Below, piece by piece: positions 16,347 through 18,198 of a DNA stretch of 18,198 bases; within the stretch, counting starts at the first letter, position 1; every line of letters starts with the position of its first letter. The notes under the pieces are model-generated. The model was given only the letters and a program-made list of their open reading frames with translations, made no database searches and had not been told where the DNA came from. The DNA is from Candidatus Hodarchaeum mangrovi (GTDB taxonomy: Archaea > Asgardarchaeota > Heimdallarchaeia > Hodarchaeales > Hodarchaeaceae): assembly GCA_016839515.1 (NCBI GenBank), contig JAEOUE010000072.1:1-18198 (forward strand), given 5' to 3'. The translations under genes were made by a program, and so were the position numbers.

Positions 16347-16380
16347 ATCATCTTTAGATGATATTAGTTTTTTATATTTC
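16347..16380 (-). promoter_or_regulatory. Promoter of the large GNAT gene: BRE-like purines, TATA box and a downstream inverted repeat
   Basis: The minus strand reads GAAATATAAAAAA at 16380-16368, about 30 nt upstream of ATG 16341. ATCATCT-tt-AGATGAT lies at 16347-16362. Confidence 0.5.
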
Positions 16381-16630
16381 AACTTCAACTTTCTTTTAGC
16401 TTATCTTTAGAATAATGTACTTCTCATAACCTACTTTTATAGTTTTATTGATGATGGTAAAAAATTGAACAGGTCAAATCACTTTTACTTCGGATTAGAT
16501 TGGTCCTCCTAAACTATAGGATAATGAATGGTATAAATTTCCTTTGCAACTCTATAGTTCCAAAAGGTTTCTTACCTATACCTACAAATTTATATTGTGT
16601 CTCTAAAAACTAAAATCTCCGTATTCTGAC

Positions 16631-16984
16631 TTAGCTTAAAGATAATTTAGTCTCAAATGAATAGTTATCTGATAATAAGAAAATATCACGGAAAATCGAT
16701 TCAGCTATTATTGATCCTTGAAGTAATGAAATTTCTGCCTGCCATGAGTGATCAAATTCTTCGAGCAAAGGGTGAAATCGGTCTATCAATCTCTTTCTCT
16801 CTTCTTTATTGAACGATCCTTTGGGGATATCAATTATTAATAATTTATCCCCCCTAGCACTTATAAATTGAATATATTTCCCCGAATTAGGCTCTGTGAA
16901 AATTACCTGATTATTCTTACCTCCCTCAGACATAATTGTCTCAAGAAAGGACTGGAAAATCTTTTTTCGCTGACCCTTACGCAA
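16631..16984 (-). CDS. Hypothetical protein, possibly YbjN/T3SS-chaperone-like (TY-Chap) fold
   Basis: 117-aa ORF with TTG start and upstream GAAGGT. Helix, then QVIFTE..GKYIQF...LLIIDIP strands, ending in a helix and strand. The fold guess is weak. Confidence 0.55.
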   Translation of the reverse strand: MRKGQRKKIFQSFLETIMSEGGKNNQVIFTEPNSGKYIQFISARGDKLLIIDIPKGSFNKEERKRLIDRFHPLLEEFDHSWQAEISLLQGSIIAESIFRDIFLLSDNYSFETKLSLS

Positions 16985-17577
16985 TTTAATGAACCTTCTT
17001 CAAAAAAACATTAGTAATATTCCGTCAAAAGGAATTTTAATGGTGTAGGATATGTGGATCATAGATTCAACTAATGAAATCTAATTCTGATTCAATTAGT
17101 ATAAAGAATTAAAAATTTTTATCCAGAATTTTAAAATAGCAATTTTGTCTTTTTGAAAATAAGAAAAGGAAAAAATGACCCAAATATGAGAATGAGCTTT
17201 TTGTCATTCAACAAGAATTAAGATAAAAATTTTATCATAATTAAAGAATTACTTCTTCAAACAGATATTATAATTTTTACAGCTAGCTTTCGTCTAATAA
17301 TATTTTCGGAAATTTTGAGTTAGCACTGAAGCACCTCAAGAATAGTGTACAATTATCTGAACAAACTGAAAACGACGCATAATTGGTGAGAAGGTGTTCG
17401 CTCAACAACAACTAATTCGGTTAAAAAAAATGCAGAAAATCAATTTCATCTCATAAAATCCCAAATATCTTCTATCATCACAGAAGAAGTAATAATTTCA
17501 CAAAAAACAATAAATTTTTAACACAGAAAATCTATTACAACACCTAGCATTTTAATCAACTGGAGGAAGAACACGAA

Positions 17578-18198
17578 GTGAAAATTATCTATACAATTTT
17601 TTCAATATTCTTTCTACTTGAAATCGCGTCATTAGTTCTCTGTATCCCTACACACGGGGTAAAAATAAGTATGGATGTAAATAATTCTGTTGAAGTAGAG
17701 AATAAAGTTATCAATGGAGATTTTGAAAACTCAAACAAATTTGATGCTTGGGAGCAAGTTTCATGGCCATCTCCTGGTTTAGCAAATATAGTAACAGTTT
17801 ATGAGGGGAAACGTCATGCATGTTTACAGGCTGCTAGTTCGGAACAACGAATAGGTTATAGACAAAGAATCACCAACCTAGAAAAAGGGGATTGGAATTT
17901 GAATTTTGCAATCAAGCATGATGGTGGTACTCATTATCAAGCAGGTTTTACGATTTATTTTTATAATACTAACCAGATCTATCTTGGACGTACTTATTGG
18001 ATTGTAAGTAATCAAGCAGGGGGTGTTAATGACTCGGAAAATCTCTATTTCGATATCAGGAAAAAATCAGAATTTAATTGGTATGTCGTAAACGTGAATT
18101 TAAGTGATTCAATGTTTCGCCCTGATACTGCAAAGAATTTAACGATTATTGACTCTTTAGAGGTGTTTCTCCATGTCTACGGAGTCTCAGGATCTGGA
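17578..18198 (+). CDS. Secreted protein with CBM4/9-like (galactose-binding-like) domain, 3'-truncated by the window edge
   Basis: Absent from the ORF track because it has no stop. GGAGGA SD at 17562-17567, GTG 17578, open for 207 codons: MKIIYTIFSIFFLLEIASLVLC (signal) ...NKVINGDFENSNKFDAWEQ...VYEGKRHACL...FNWYVVNVNL. NGDFE...W is a typical CBM4/9-like N-terminal motif. Confidence 0.8.
   Translation, partial: MKIIYTIFSIFFLLEIASLVLCIPTHGVKISMDVNNSVEVENKVINGDFENSNKFDAWEQVSWPSPGLANIVTVYEGKRHACLQAASSEQRIGYRQRITNLEKGDWNLNFAIKHDGGTHYQAGFTIYFYNTNQIYLGRTYWIVSNQAGGVNDSENLYFDIRKKSEFNWYVVNVNLSDSMFRPDTAKNLTIIDSLEVFLHVYGVSGSG

Noticed and set aside
17021-17240. Possible tRNA-like or terminator structures and A/T palindromes such as GATAAAA-A-TTTTATC
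   Set aside because: No cloverleaf or T-loop consensus; the palindromes are almost purely A/T and expected at this composition.
1-18198. Mobile element, prophage, CRISPR array or known defence system
   Set aside because: No transposase, integrase, capsid, cas gene or regularly spaced repeats were recognised anywhere in the window.

Overview
AT-rich window (roughly 30% GC by eye) that looks like an Asgard archaeal chromosome, plausibly Heimdallarchaeia/Hodarchaeales. This is inferred from a Rab/Ran-like small GTPase, a stand-alone longin-like protein, a CTERM-type surface glycoprotein and TATA-type promoters. Gene order: 3' part of a tungsten-type aldehyde:ferredoxin oxidoreductase with an in-frame TAA; a four-gene feoA-feoB-membrane protein-feoC-like operon; a Mini-III-like RNase III lacking the dsRBD; small membrane and hypothetical genes around the longin-like gene; the small GTPase (Ran-like P-loop, C-terminal Cys); a GNAT-YoaP protein; an orphan 7-TM protein; a nitroreductase paired with a membrane protein; a heavily N-glycosylatable surface protein; a 1114-aa GNAT fusion; a small hypothetical protein; and the 5' part of a secreted CBM-like protein missing from the ORF track. 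No rRNA, tRNA, CRISPR array or transposase was recognised. The best candidate for a new system is the longin-like/small-GTPase/membrane-protein neighbourhood (5663-10035), but the functional link is inference only. All family assignments come from motif recognition, not database searches.
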